Source: an uncultured Chloroflexia bacterium
GTDB taxonomy: Bacteria; Chloroflexota; Anaerolineae; Anaerolineales; E44-bin32
DNA length: 64,000 nt
NCBI GenBank assembly: GCA_963743255.1
Contig: CAVUPD010000001.1
Location: 122,854-186,853 of the forward strand
Direction: 5' to 3'
A model generated the notes under the pieces. The model did not search any database. It was given only the letters and a program-made list of their open reading frames with translations, and was not told the DNA's origin. Shown here piece by piece: positions 39,801-49,512 of this stretch. Numbering within the stretch: position 1 is the stretch's first letter; every line of letters begins with the position of its first letter. The position numbers and the translations under genes were made by a program.

Positions 39801-42174
39801 GTGACCAAGACACTCATCGGACAGCGCGTGCTGCGAAACGAGGATCCCCGCCTGCTGACCGGGCAAGCCCAATTCGTGGACGATGTGGAAATCCCCGGTC
39901 TGCTGCACGCCGCCTTCTTGCGCAGTGACCACGCCCACGCCCGCCTGCTCGGCCTTGATGTGAGCGCCGCCCGCCAACGACCGGGCGTGGTTGCCGTCTT
40001 CACGGCCGAAGATATGGGCGACGATTGGCAGCCGGGGCCCCCGTTGGTTTCTCCTCCGCCGACCGCCAAGGATGTCGTGTTCTATTCGCGCCGCCAGGTT
40101 CCGCTGGTCAAAGACAAGATTCGACATGCGGGCGAGGCGATCGCCGTGGTCATCGCCGAGAGCCGCTACATCGCCGAAGACGCAGTCGAAGACATCGTCG
40201 TGGACGTGGAACCGCTGGAGGCAGTGGTCGATCTGGAGAAGGCTATGGAGCCGGGCAGTCCCCTGGTGCACGATGACCTGGAATCGAATCTGGCCGCTCA
40301 TCTGTTCCAGAAGAAGGGTGACTATGAAGCCGCCCGCGGGAAGGCCGATCTGGTCCTCAAGCGCCGAATCATCATTGACCGCGGGGCGGCGGCCGCCATG
40401 GAGAATCGCGGCATCGTCGCCGAGTGGGACGAGAAGAGCCAGCATCTGACGATATGGGATACGACCCAGGCGCCGATCCCGATTCGCAACGGGACGGCGG
40501 CCAGGCTGGGCCTGTCGGAGAACCAGGTGACGGGTGATCGCCCCCTTCATCGGCGGCGGCTTCGGCCCCAAGATGATGATGTTCTACGCCGAGGAGCTGG
40601 TGATCCCCTGGGCGGCGAAGAAGCTGAAGCGCCCGATCAAGTGGATCGAGGACCGGCGGGAGAACTTCTACGCCACCACCCAGGAGCGCGGGCAGATCCA
40701 TGATGTCGAAATCGCCCTGAGCCGGGACGGGCACATCCTGGGTTTGAAGGACGTGTTCCTGCACGACACCGGCGCCTACGACCCCTACGGCCTGACCATC
40801 CCCCTCAACACCCAGTGCCATGCGATGGGGGGGTACGACGTCAAGAACTTCAGCAGCGAAGTCAGCGTGGTTTTCACCAACAAGACGCTGGTCACCCCCG
40901 TTCGGGGAGCCGGACGCCCGCAGGGCATCTACGTGATCGAACGCATGCTGGATGCCGCCGCCCGAGAGCTGGGCATCGATCCGGTGGAGATCCGCCGGCG
41001 CAACCTGATCCCTCCGGATGCCTTTCCCTATGAGCACGGGATCATCGACCAGGCCTTTTCGCCGCTGATCCTGGACAGCGGCAACTACTGGCCCGTGATG
41101 CAGAAGGCACTGGAGATGATCGGCTACGAGCAGTTCGTCCGCGACGAGCAGCCACGCCTGCGCAAAGAGGGGAGACGTGTGGGCATCGGCATCGTCCCCT
41201 TCATCGAGTCGACGGGCGTCGGCCCCTATGAAGGCGCGCGTGTGACGGTCGAGGCCAGCGGCAAGATCCATGTCGCCACGGGTGTCGGCACCCAGGGGCA
41301 GGGCCACTTCACGGTCTTCGCCCAAGTCGTGGCCGAACAGCTCGGGGTGGCGGTGAGCGATGTGCGCATCGTGTCCGGCGACACCGCCGAGTTCCACTGG
41401 GGAACCGGCACCTTCGCCAGCCGCGGGGCCGTCGTCGCCGGCAATGCCATCCACGCCGCCGCCTCGATTGTGCGCCGCAAGGTGCTGGCACTGGCCAGCA
41501 AGCAGCTGGACACACCCGAGGACGAGCTGGAGCTGGACGGTGGCATGGTCCGGGTGGCGGATCTTCCGCGCAAGTCGATCAGCCTGGCCGAATTGGCCTC
41601 GCTGGCCAACCCTTTGCGCGGTGCCGTTGAGCCGGGTACCGAGCCCGGCCTGGAGGCCACGGCCTACTTCGGCCCGCGCTACGGCGCCACGGCCTTCGGC
41701 GCCCATGCCATGATCCTCGAGATCGATCCGGAAACGATGATGATCGAGATCAAGCGCTACGTCACGGTCGAGGATTGCGGCACGGTGCTCAACCCGCTGA
41801 TCCTGGAGGGCCAGATCCACGGGGGCGTATCCCTGGGCATCGGCAACGCCTACTACGAGAAGCTGCACTTCGACGAGAACGGGCAGCTGTTGAACGCCTC
41901 CTTTGCCGACTACCTGATCCCGTCGGCGACGGAGATGCCGCGCATCGAGGTCGGCCATATGGAAACTCGCTCCCCTCTGAACGAACTGGGCACCAAGGGA
42001 GTCGGTGAGGCGGGAACGATCCCGGTGCCCGCCCTTTTCGCTCAGGCCGTCGAGAACGCGCTGGCCGATCGGGAGCTGGAGATCCTGGAGAGTCCCCTCA
42101 GCCCGAACCGCCTGTATGAACTGCTTGAGCCGGAAGGAGGCTGCGATGAAGGTCGAAGGTCAGTACACCTTTGA
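39801..42174 (+). CDS. molybdopterin-binding large (CoxL-like) subunit of a xanthine-dehydrogenase-family hydroxylase, set 1; one apparent frameshift near 40527
   Basis: LRNEDPRLLTGQAQFVDD, then FIGGGFGPK and TPVRGAGRPQG (not the CODH VAYRCSFR loop), then GVGEAGTIPVPA. The pieces lie in ORFs 39801..40703 and 40534..42174. Confidence 0.88.
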
Positions 42175-42603
42175 CGGCCCTCGCGAGATCCTGTGGGAGC
42201 TGGTGCGGGATCCGACAGGTCCTGGCGACATGCCTGCCGGGGTCGCCGAGCGTGCGTCAGACGGGAGCGCGTGAGTACGAGGGCGAGATCGGCATCCGGG
42301 TCGGCCCCATTTCGGGGTCTTTTGCCGGCCAGCTTTCGGTCACGAACGAGGTGCCGCCCGCCAGTTGCACCCTGACAGTGGAGGGCAAGGGAAAGGTCGG
42401 CTTTGTCAAGGGTGTCGGAAACATCGACATGACGGCGCAGGGCCCGGGCAAGACCTCTGATGAAATACACCGGTGAAGTGCAGATTGGCGGCAAGGTCGC
42501 CAGCGTAGGCCAGCGCCTGTTCGACTCGGTGAGCCGAGGCATGATTGAACAAGCCCTGGGCAAGTTGAATGAAACGTTGCAGGCACGGAGCGCTGCGGGA
42601 TAG
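42146..42603 (+). CDS. coxG: CoxG-like SRPBCC-fold protein, two apparent frameshifts (near 42215 and 42456)
   Basis: RBS GGAAGGAGG plus ATG 42146. MKVEGQYTFDGPREILWELVRDP, then VLATCLPG...GEIGIRVGPISGSFAGQLSV, then MKYTGEVQIGGKVASVGQRLFDSVSRGMIEQALGKL, ending at TAG 42601-03. Confidence 0.75.
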
Positions 42604-42871
42604 CACTGGCAGGCTGGAAGGTCGGCTGCCGAACCAAGCCAGGGCTTGCGTGTGGCATATTCGGCCAGTTGCCTGTAATATCGAAGGCACGGCTGGTGGC
42701 CATGCGGTTGGCTCCAGCCAGGCTGCAAACCGGACCGATCGCGGTCAGGCCCCAACAGAATGCCAAAGGATGAGACTCGCGAAGGGAGGTCACCGGCCCG
42801 TCGATAGCCCAATCATGCTCCGTCTCTCCAAGATCCGTTTCCATTCTCAGATGATCGCGAGGGAGGAAGTG

Positions 42872-44176
42872 ATGAAGCCCAAGAAGTCCTTCGTGCTCGC
42901 AGCACTGCTCGTGGTCGCCGGCATGCTGCTCGGCTCCTGTGCGCCCGCGGCTACGCCTACGGAAGCGCCTCCGGTCGAGCAACCCACGGCAGCAGCGGAG
43001 CAGCCCACGGCAGCGGTCGAGCCGCCCGCCGCGGAACCGATGCCGGTGACCCTGGCGATTGAGCACTTCAGTGTCATTGCCGGGACCACCTGGTCCGGGG
43101 CGCAAGACCGCGCCGGCAAGCGCATCGCCGAGAAGTACCCTAACGTCACCTATGTCTACCGCGAGAACGTCGCTCCCGATCAGACCAATCCCTTCGCCGA
43201 AGAGCTGATCGCCAGCGGCGCCAACATCGTCGTCGGCAATGCGGAATTCATGGGAATGCCACTGAAGGATATTGCCGACAAGTACCCCGACGTGTACTTC
43301 GCCTCCGTCATCGCCAGCGACCTGACGACCAAGCCGAATTTCATTCGGTTCTTCCCCAAGCAGTATCAGGCCCTGTACCTGGAAGGGCTGATCGCCGGGG
43401 CGCTGACCAAGACCGGCAACATCGGCATCACTTCCGCCTTCCCGTGCGTGCAGGTGATCCGGCGCCAGGCTGGCTTCATCCTGGGCGTGCAGGATGCGGC
43501 CGCCATGCTCAACAAGCAGATCACCGTGTACGTCAAATTCGCCGGCGACTGGTACCTGCCCGCCGATGAGCGCGCCATCGCCGAGACTCTGGTCGACACC
43601 TACAAGGTGGATGTCCTGACCCAGCAAACCGACTCCAGCTCCACCATGGACGTGGCCAAGGAGAAGGGCGTCTGGTTCGTGGGCAAGGACATGGACATCG
43701 TGGGTGAATACGGTTGGTCCGACACGAACACCGTCGCCGTCTCGTTCGACACGCGCTGGGAAGTGATCTACGAGCAGATGGTCCAGGAGTATCTGGCCGG
43801 CAACATGACGCCGGAGACCATCATGTACCCGGGCATGGAGACAACCATGACCCTGGCCGACGGCACCGTCGAGCCGACGGTGGACCTGATGAACGCGGGC
43901 AAGATCGGCGTCGACGCCATCAGCCCGGCGGCGCTCCCGCTCATCCCGCAGGAGATCATCGATCTCGTCAAGCAGCGACGCGAGCAGATGATGGCGGGTA
44001 CGTGGGATCCATTCACGGCGCACGAATTCGTGAGCAACGGAACGGGCCTGGAGCTCGAGGGCCTGCCGATCCCGGCCGCGGGTACCGTAGTCAAGGCCGC
44101 CGACGTGGCTCCGACGACGGAGTTCCTGCTGGGCGCGTTCAACTTCGATCTGCAGGGCACGACCATCCTGAAGTAG
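42872..44176 (+). CDS. BMP-family (PnrA/Med-like) ABC transporter substrate-binding lipoprotein
   Basis: RBS GGGAGGA plus ATG 42872. Lipobox LLGSC, then a Pro/Ala/Thr/Glu linker, then a BMP-type fold (IVVGNAEFMG...GNIGITSAFP...YVKFAGDWYLP). Confidence 0.85.
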   Translation: MKPKKSFVLAALLVVAGMLLGSCAPAATPTEAPPVEQPTAAAEQPTAAVEPPAAEPMPVTLAIEHFSVIAGTTWSGAQDRAGKRIAEKYPNVTYVYRENVAPDQTNPFAEELIASGANIVVGNAEFMGMPLKDIADKYPDVYFASVIASDLTTKPNFIRFFPKQYQALYLEGLIAGALTKTGNIGITSAFPCVQVIRRQAGFILGVQDAAAMLNKQITVYVKFAGDWYLPADERAIAETLVDTYKVDVLTQQTDSSSTMDVAKEKGVWFVGKDMDIVGEYGWSDTNTVAVSFDTRWEVIYEQMVQEYLAGNMTPETIMYPGMETTMTLADGTVEPTVDLMNAGKIGVDAISPAALPLIPQEIIDLVKQRREQMMAGTWDPFTAHEFVSNGTGLELEGLPIPAAGTVVKAADVAPTTEFLLGAFNFDLQGTTILK

Positions 44177-44222
44177 CACGCTGCGTCGGTCCGCGTGAGA
44201 TGTGACGTCTAGTCACAGACAG

Positions 44223-44269
44223 GTGAGGCTCTCGTCCTGTGGGAGCAGACCTTGGGACGAGAGCCTCAC
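44223..44269 (+). promoter_or_regulatory. perfect 15-bp stem-loop between the binding-protein and ATPase genes
   Basis: GTGAGGCTCTCGTCC (44223-37) pairs with GGACGAGAGCCTCAC (44255-69), with a 17-nt loop and no U tract. It may be an attenuator or an mRNA-stability element. Confidence 0.5.
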
Positions 44270-44352
44270 GCTTCACGAGGTCGAACGGCGTCTCCGGGCG
44301 GGCTTGTCCGAGGCCGTCAGGCAGAAACACTGGCACGCTACAGGGTGACAGC

Positions 44353-45900
44353 ATGCCCCTCCAACCCGTGAAACGCGGCGATACCGTCCTTGAGGCCCGG
44401 GGGATCACCAAGCGATTCCCGGGGGTCGTCGCCAACGACCACATCGACTTTGAGATACGCGCAGGCGAGATCCACGCCATCCTGGGTGAGAATGGTGCAG
44501 GCAAGACCACCCTGATGAAGATCCTGTTCGGGCTGCTCCAGCCCGACGAAGGCGAGATTTACGTTCACGGGGAAAAGGTGGCCTTCCGCTCGCCCCTGGA
44601 CGCCATTCACCTCGGCATTGGCATGGTTCACCAAAACCGAAAGTTGATCCCCGCCCACACGGTTCTCGAGAACATCCTCCTGGGCCATCCCAAAGCGGGG
44701 AGTATCCCCGACATGCGGCGGACCCGAGTTGAGATCGCGGAGATCTGCGACCGCTACGGCTTCAAAATCGACCTCAAGGCCAAGGTCTGGCAGTTGTCGG
44801 AGGGCGAGAAGCAGGCGGTTGAGATTCTGAAGACCTTGTATCGAGGCGCCCGCATCCTGATCCTGGATGAGCCCACGTCCGCCCTGGCGCCTCCGGAAAC
44901 CGAGAAGCTCCTGGCGTCGATCCGCATCATGACCGGCGACGATCTCGCCCTCGTCCCGTTCATCACCCACAAGCTGCCCATCGTGCTCGACATTAGCGAA
45001 CGGGTCACCGTCCTGCGGCGCGGCAAAGTCACCGCCCGCCTTCGCACGTCCGAGGCCACCGAGAACAGTCTGGCCAAGGAGATGGTGGGCCGCGAAGTGA
45101 TCTTCCGGCTCGATCATGTGGACGTCGAGCAAGGCAAACCCATTCTCGAAGTGGAGGACCTATCCGCCCTGAACGACAAGGGGCAACTGGCCCTGCAGGG
45201 CGTCTCCTTCAAGGTGCACGAGGGTGAGATCTTCGGCATTGCCGGGGTATCCGGCAACGGTCAGCAGGTCCTGGCCGAGGTGCTGGCGGGGCTGCGCAAG
45301 GCCGTGGCCGGCAGAGTGCTGATGGACGGGATCAACATCACCCGCTCGAGCAGTCTCGAACGATGGAAGAGCGGCATGGGCTACATCCCATCGGACCGGA
45401 TCGATGTCGGTTCGATCGGCGCCTACACGCTGATGGACAACGTCTTGATGAACTACTACTTCGACCGCACATTCTCCAGTTGGGGGATCGTGGATTCCCG
45501 GAAGACGCGCAAGCTCACCGAAGGACTCATCACCGAGTACGACATCGCCACCCCCGGCCCGGACAGCACGGCCAGGAGCCTGTCAGGCGGCAACCTCCAG
45601 AAGCTCATCCTGGCCCGGGTACTGTCACGCAAGCCGCGGCTCATTATTGCCAACCTTCCCACCCAGGGGCTGGATGTGGGCGCCACCGAGTTCGTCCAGA
45701 ACAAGTTGCTGGAAGCCAAGCGGCAGCAAGCCGCCATTCTGCTCATCTCGGAAGATCTGGACGAGGTCCTGTCGCTGAGCGATCGCGTGGCGCCGATGTA
45801 CGAGGGCGAGTTCATGGGCGTCATCCCGGTCAAGGATGCCCGGATCGAGGACATTGGGGCCATGATGGCGGGCTTGAAGCAGAAGGTCTCACAGCCATGA
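44353..45900 (+). CDS. ABC transporter ATP-binding protein (duplicated ATPase, CUT2/nucleoside type)
   Basis: Walker A GENGAGKTT, signature LSEGEKQAVEI, and a second-half signature LSGGNLQKLIL. Confidence 0.9.
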   Translation: MPLQPVKRGDTVLEARGITKRFPGVVANDHIDFEIRAGEIHAILGENGAGKTTLMKILFGLLQPDEGEIYVHGEKVAFRSPLDAIHLGIGMVHQNRKLIPAHTVLENILLGHPKAGSIPDMRRTRVEIAEICDRYGFKIDLKAKVWQLSEGEKQAVEILKTLYRGARILILDEPTSALAPPETEKLLASIRIMTGDDLALVPFITHKLPIVLDISERVTVLRRGKVTARLRTSEATENSLAKEMVGREVIFRLDHVDVEQGKPILEVEDLSALNDKGQLALQGVSFKVHEGEIFGIAGVSGNGQQVLAEVLAGLRKAVAGRVLMDGINITRSSSLERWKSGMGYIPSDRIDVGSIGAYTLMDNVLMNYYFDRTFSSWGIVDSRKTRKLTEGLITEYDIATPGPDSTARSLSGGNLQKLILARVLSRKPRLIIANLPTQGLDVGATEFVQNKLLEAKRQQAAILLISEDLDEVLSLSDRVAPMYEGEFMGVIPVKDARIEDIGAMMAGLKQKVSQP

Positions 45901-47009
45901 GACTCGGCAGCTATGACGTCAGGCTCGAGAAGAAGGCCAGGGTCACCGGTCTGGAGGCGACGACCATCTCCCTGCTGGCGATCGTCATTGGCCTGGCGAT
46001 GGTGGGCCTGATCTTCCTGAAGGCCGGGGTCAATCCGCTCACCGGGTACAAGGCCATTTTCTCCTATGCCTTTGTCAACGCCTTCGGTCTGCCCCTGACC
46101 ATCAACCGTTCGGTCTTCATCCTGCTGTGCACCTGCGCCTTCATCATCCCGCTGAAGGCCGGGCTGTGGAACATCGGCATGGCTGGCCAGCTGTACGGCG
46201 GCGCCCTGGGCGCCTTCGGCGTGGCGCTGGCCTTCGGCGCCAAAGATCCCCAGACCCCGACCGTGGCGCCGGCGGTGATCATCGGCCTGATGATGCTCGG
46301 GGCGATCCTGGGTGGGGCCATCCTCGGCGCCATCCCGGGCTTCCTCAAGGGGCGCTTCAACACGAACGAGATCGTCGTGACCATGATGCTCAACTCGATC
46401 GGCTACTGGCTGATCGCCTTCATGATCAAGGAAGGTGGCCCCTTCATGGGCGGGGGTGGGGAAGGCCAGGGGTTCAAGCTTTCGGAGTCAGTCTTCGCAC
46501 CCCTGGTCTGGGGCGGGACCTTCACCATCCCGATCGCACTGGCCCTGGCGGCGCTGCTGTACTTCATGTTCGCCAAATCCACCCTGGGCTACCAGATCAA
46601 GGCCTTCGGCCTGAGCCCGTCGGCGGCCAGGTACGCCGGCATTAGCCCGCAGAACGTGCCGCTGCTGGTGTTCATGCTGGGTGGGCTGATCGCCGGCCTG
46701 GCCGGATACCACTACTTCGCCGCCGTCCCCGGGTTGTACAAGATCCCCACGAACTACGGGGACTTCGGCGATCTGTCCTTCTATGGCATCATCTGCGGGC
46801 TGATCTCTCAGGGCAACCCTCTGGCGGCCATTCCCTTCGCCCTGCTGTTCGGCGGGCTGACCAACGGGGGCCGCTTCGTCCAGGGACAGCTCCAGCTGGG
46901 GTACGGCATCGACTACGCCCTGCTCGGGGTGCTGATGATCACCCTCGTCGCCTTCCAGTTCTTCTACCGAAACGCCGTCATCTGGAAGAAGATCGAAAGG
47001 GAGACCTAG
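45897..47009 (+). CDS. ABC transporter permease
   Basis: ATGA overlap with the ATPase gene. It is a polytopic membrane protein in the frame of track ORF 45363..47009, and only the part from MRLGSYDV onward is hydrophobic and coding-like. Confidence 0.85.
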   Translation: MRLGSYDVRLEKKARVTGLEATTISLLAIVIGLAMVGLIFLKAGVNPLTGYKAIFSYAFVNAFGLPLTINRSVFILLCTCAFIIPLKAGLWNIGMAGQLYGGALGAFGVALAFGAKDPQTPTVAPAVIIGLMMLGAILGGAILGAIPGFLKGRFNTNEIVVTMMLNSIGYWLIAFMIKEGGPFMGGGGEGQGFKLSESVFAPLVWGGTFTIPIALALAALLYFMFAKSTLGYQIKAFGLSPSAARYAGISPQNVPLLVFMLGGLIAGLAGYHYFAAVPGLYKIPTNYGDFGDLSFYGIICGLISQGNPLAAIPFALLFGGLTNGGRFVQGQLQLGYGIDYALLGVLMITLVAFQFFYRNAVIWKKIERET

Positions 47010-47010
47010 A

Positions 47011-47886
47011 ATGTGGGAGTTCGCGGCGCGAAGCCTGAATGCCTCGACGGTCTTCACCATTGCGGCGCTGGGAGAGCTGATCGGACAGCGCTCGGGCATT
47101 CTGAATGTCGGCATTGAAGGGGTGATGCTCTTCGGGGCCACGCTGGGGTTCATCGTGGCCAAGACCACCGGGAGCTATCTCCTCGGCCTCCTGGCTGCCG
47201 TGGCCATCGGAGGCCTGATCGCCGCGCTGCACGGCTTCTTTTCCATCACCCTGGGGGGCGACCAGGTCGTCAATGGGATGGGGATCTGGATCCTGGGCTT
47301 CGGCCTGACGGCTTACATCGGCTACCCCTACACGGGGCCGCTGGGCCTAGACCGGATCCCCGACGTGGCAGGCCTTTCGCCCTTCTTCTTCCTCGCCATC
47401 GGGCTGGTGGCCCTGACCTGGTGGGTGTTCTCCAAGACCAGCCTGGGGCTGCGGATCCGATCGGCGGGAGAAAGCCCGTCGGTCACCGAGGTCTCGGGCA
47501 TCAGCGTCACCCGAACGCGTTACCTGAGCGTTGTGGTCAGCGGGATGCTCATGGGCCTGGGCGGGGCGATCTACTCCCTCAGCTACAACCCCGTGTGGAG
47601 CATCAACTTCCTACTGGGCTGGGGCTTCATTGCGCTGGCGCTGGTCTTCTTCTCTATGTGGAATCCCTTCATTCTTTTCGGCGGCTCCATCCTGTTCGGC
47701 ACGCTGTGGCAGCTCTCGCTCAACCCTCAGCTTGTCCTGCAGAGCGTTCTGTCCCGCTACATCTGGAGAACCGTGCCGTTCGTCATCACGATCGCCGCCC
47801 TGGTGCTGATGTCCACCAAGTGGTTCAGTTCGCGATGGGGCGCCGCCAAGCCTGAAGCCCTGGGGCTGCCCCGCTCGGAGGAGTGA
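47011..47886 (+). CDS. ABC transporter permease
   Basis: 291-aa polytopic membrane protein directly following the first permease. Confidence 0.85.
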   Translation: MWEFAARSLNASTVFTIAALGELIGQRSGILNVGIEGVMLFGATLGFIVAKTTGSYLLGLLAAVAIGGLIAALHGFFSITLGGDQVVNGMGIWILGFGLTAYIGYPYTGPLGLDRIPDVAGLSPFFFLAIGLVALTWWVFSKTSLGLRIRSAGESPSVTEVSGISVTRTRYLSVVVSGMLMGLGGAIYSLSYNPVWSINFLLGWGFIALALVFFSMWNPFILFGGSILFGTLWQLSLNPQLVLQSVLSRYIWRTVPFVITIAALVLMSTKWFSSRWGAAKPEALGLPRSEE

Positions 47887-48029
47887 TGCCGACGTTCCGG
47901 TCACGGGCTCCGGCTCCAGACCGGATGTCGATCCCTTCGCTCGGCCCGTCCTGTCGAGCGGAACGTCGGATCCCTTAATTGCACTCCGAGGGGCCGCGGG
48001 CTCACGCCGGGAAGGAAGATGGCAGGACC

Positions 48030-48920
48030 ATGAACACCCATCCGACGCTGCCTGAGTTCGACTATCTCCGGCCTCAGACGCTGGCCGAAGCCAGCGAGTT
48101 CCTCTCCCGCCATTCGGGAGAAGCCCGGGCGTTCATGGGAGGCACCGATGTCCTGGTCCGCATGCGGGACGGAGTCCTGACCCCCCAATTCCTGGTCGAT
48201 GTGAAGGGACTGGACGGGACGAATGATCTGCGCTTCGACCCGAAGGCCGGCCTCACGCTCGGGGCCGCCGTCAGCATGAATCGGGTGATCGCCTCCCCCG
48301 AGGTGCGCATGCATTACCCCCTGCTGGCCGAGGCCTGCCGCTCTGTCGCCAGCTATGCGTTGCGCACGCGGGCAACCGTGGTCGGCAACATCTGCAACGC
48401 CTCTCCCGCCGGGGACTCGATTGGGGCCTGCCTGGTGCTGGATGCTGTGCTCCACATCCACGGTGTGCGCGGCCCGCGCCAGGAGCCGCTGGCATCGTTC
48501 TTCCTCGGCCCTGGCAAGACCAAGCTCGAACCCGGCGATGTCGTCACGGCCATCCAGCTTCCCCTCCCCCCCAAGGGATGTGCCGGGGTGTATCTCAAAC
48601 TGGGACGCAACCAGCTGAGCGACCTGTCCATCGTCGGTGTGACGGCACTGGGCCACCCGGACTCGAGCTGCCCGTCCGGCTTCCGCTTTCGCCTGGCCCT
48701 GGCCTCGGTCGCTCCGGTGCCTCTCGTGCCCGTGGAAGCGGAAAGGCATCTGTCCAACCATCCGATCACGCCCGAGTCGCTGCGTGAGGCGGCCCAGCTG
48801 GCAGCCGACGCCTGCTCTCCGATCGACGACGTTCGCGGAAGCGCCCGCTACCGCAGGCTGATGGTTCGGAACCTGTCCGCCACCGCGCTGGGGCAGGTCT
48901 TGAAGCGGCTGTCCGGCTGA
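48030..48920 (+). CDS. molybdenum hydroxylase FAD-binding (medium) subunit, set 2
   Basis: FDYLRPQTLAEASEFL...FMGGTDVLVRMRDG...TVVGNICNASPAGD...DDVRGSARYRR. Confidence 0.88.
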   Translation: MNTHPTLPEFDYLRPQTLAEASEFLSRHSGEARAFMGGTDVLVRMRDGVLTPQFLVDVKGLDGTNDLRFDPKAGLTLGAAVSMNRVIASPEVRMHYPLLAEACRSVASYALRTRATVVGNICNASPAGDSIGACLVLDAVLHIHGVRGPRQEPLASFFLGPGKTKLEPGDVVTAIQLPLPPKGCAGVYLKLGRNQLSDLSIVGVTALGHPDSSCPSGFRFRLALASVAPVPLVPVEAERHLSNHPITPESLREAAQLAADACSPIDDVRGSARYRRLMVRNLSATALGQVLKRLSG

Positions 48921-48976
48921 CAGGCGGGTTCTCAAGAGAACGCGGGCCGAGGCGGCATGCAGTCTTCGAGGGACCG

Positions 48977-49456
48977 ATGACACTTCACGAGATCCACGTC
49001 ACCATCAACGATGAGCCGGAACAGGTGGCCGTCCCCGCCAACATGACCCTCATGCGCATGCTGCGGGAGAAACTGGCGCTGACCGGCACCAAGAACGGCT
49101 GCTCCGCCGGCGAGTGCGGGGCATGTACGGTGCTGCTCGACGGGGAACCGGTCAACAGCTGCATGGTCCTGGCGGTCGAATGTGACGGAGCCCAGATCGT
49201 CACCGTGGAGGGGCTGGCCAGCGAAGAAGGGCTGGCCCCCGTTCAGGAAACGATCCTCCGTCAGGGGGGCGTCCAGTGCGGGTTCTGCACGCCGGGCATC
49301 CTGATCTCCGCGCACGCACTGCTGGAGCGGAACCCGAATCCGGATGAGGATGAGATCCGCGAGGCGCTGGTTGGCAACTTGTGCCGCTGCACGGGATACG
49401 TGCGCATCATCGAAAGCGTCAAGGAAGCGACCAGGATGCAGTCAGCCGCCGGCTGA
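48977..49456 (+). CDS. molybdenum hydroxylase [2Fe-2S] small subunit, set 2
   Basis: [18 protein letters not shown] and CRCTGY motifs in an intact 159-aa ORF. Confidence 0.92.
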   Translation: MTLHEIHVTINDEPEQVAVPANMTLMRMLREKLALTGTKNGCSAGECGACTVLLDGEPVNSCMVLAVECDGAQIVTVEGLASEEGLAPVQETILRQGGVQCGFCTPGILISAHALLERNPNPDEDEIREALVGNLCRCTGYVRIIESVKEATRMQSAAG

Positions 49457-49512
49457 CCCGCGCCCGCGGGGACGGTCTGGCTGGATCCGTGCAGTCAGAG
49501 GGGAGAAGAACC

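Noticed and set aside
38352-42603. Aerobic carbon monoxide dehydrogenase (coxMSL-coxG)
   Set aside because: The large subunit has VRGAGRPQG instead of the CODH active-site loop VAYRCSFR, and no coxDEF-type accessory genes are present. I call it a generic xanthine-dehydrogenase-family hydroxylase.
42257-44179. 640-aa minus-strand ORF
   Set aside because: It is antisense to coxG and the BMP binding-protein gene. It has no motifs and its composition is typical of antisense GC-rich sequence.
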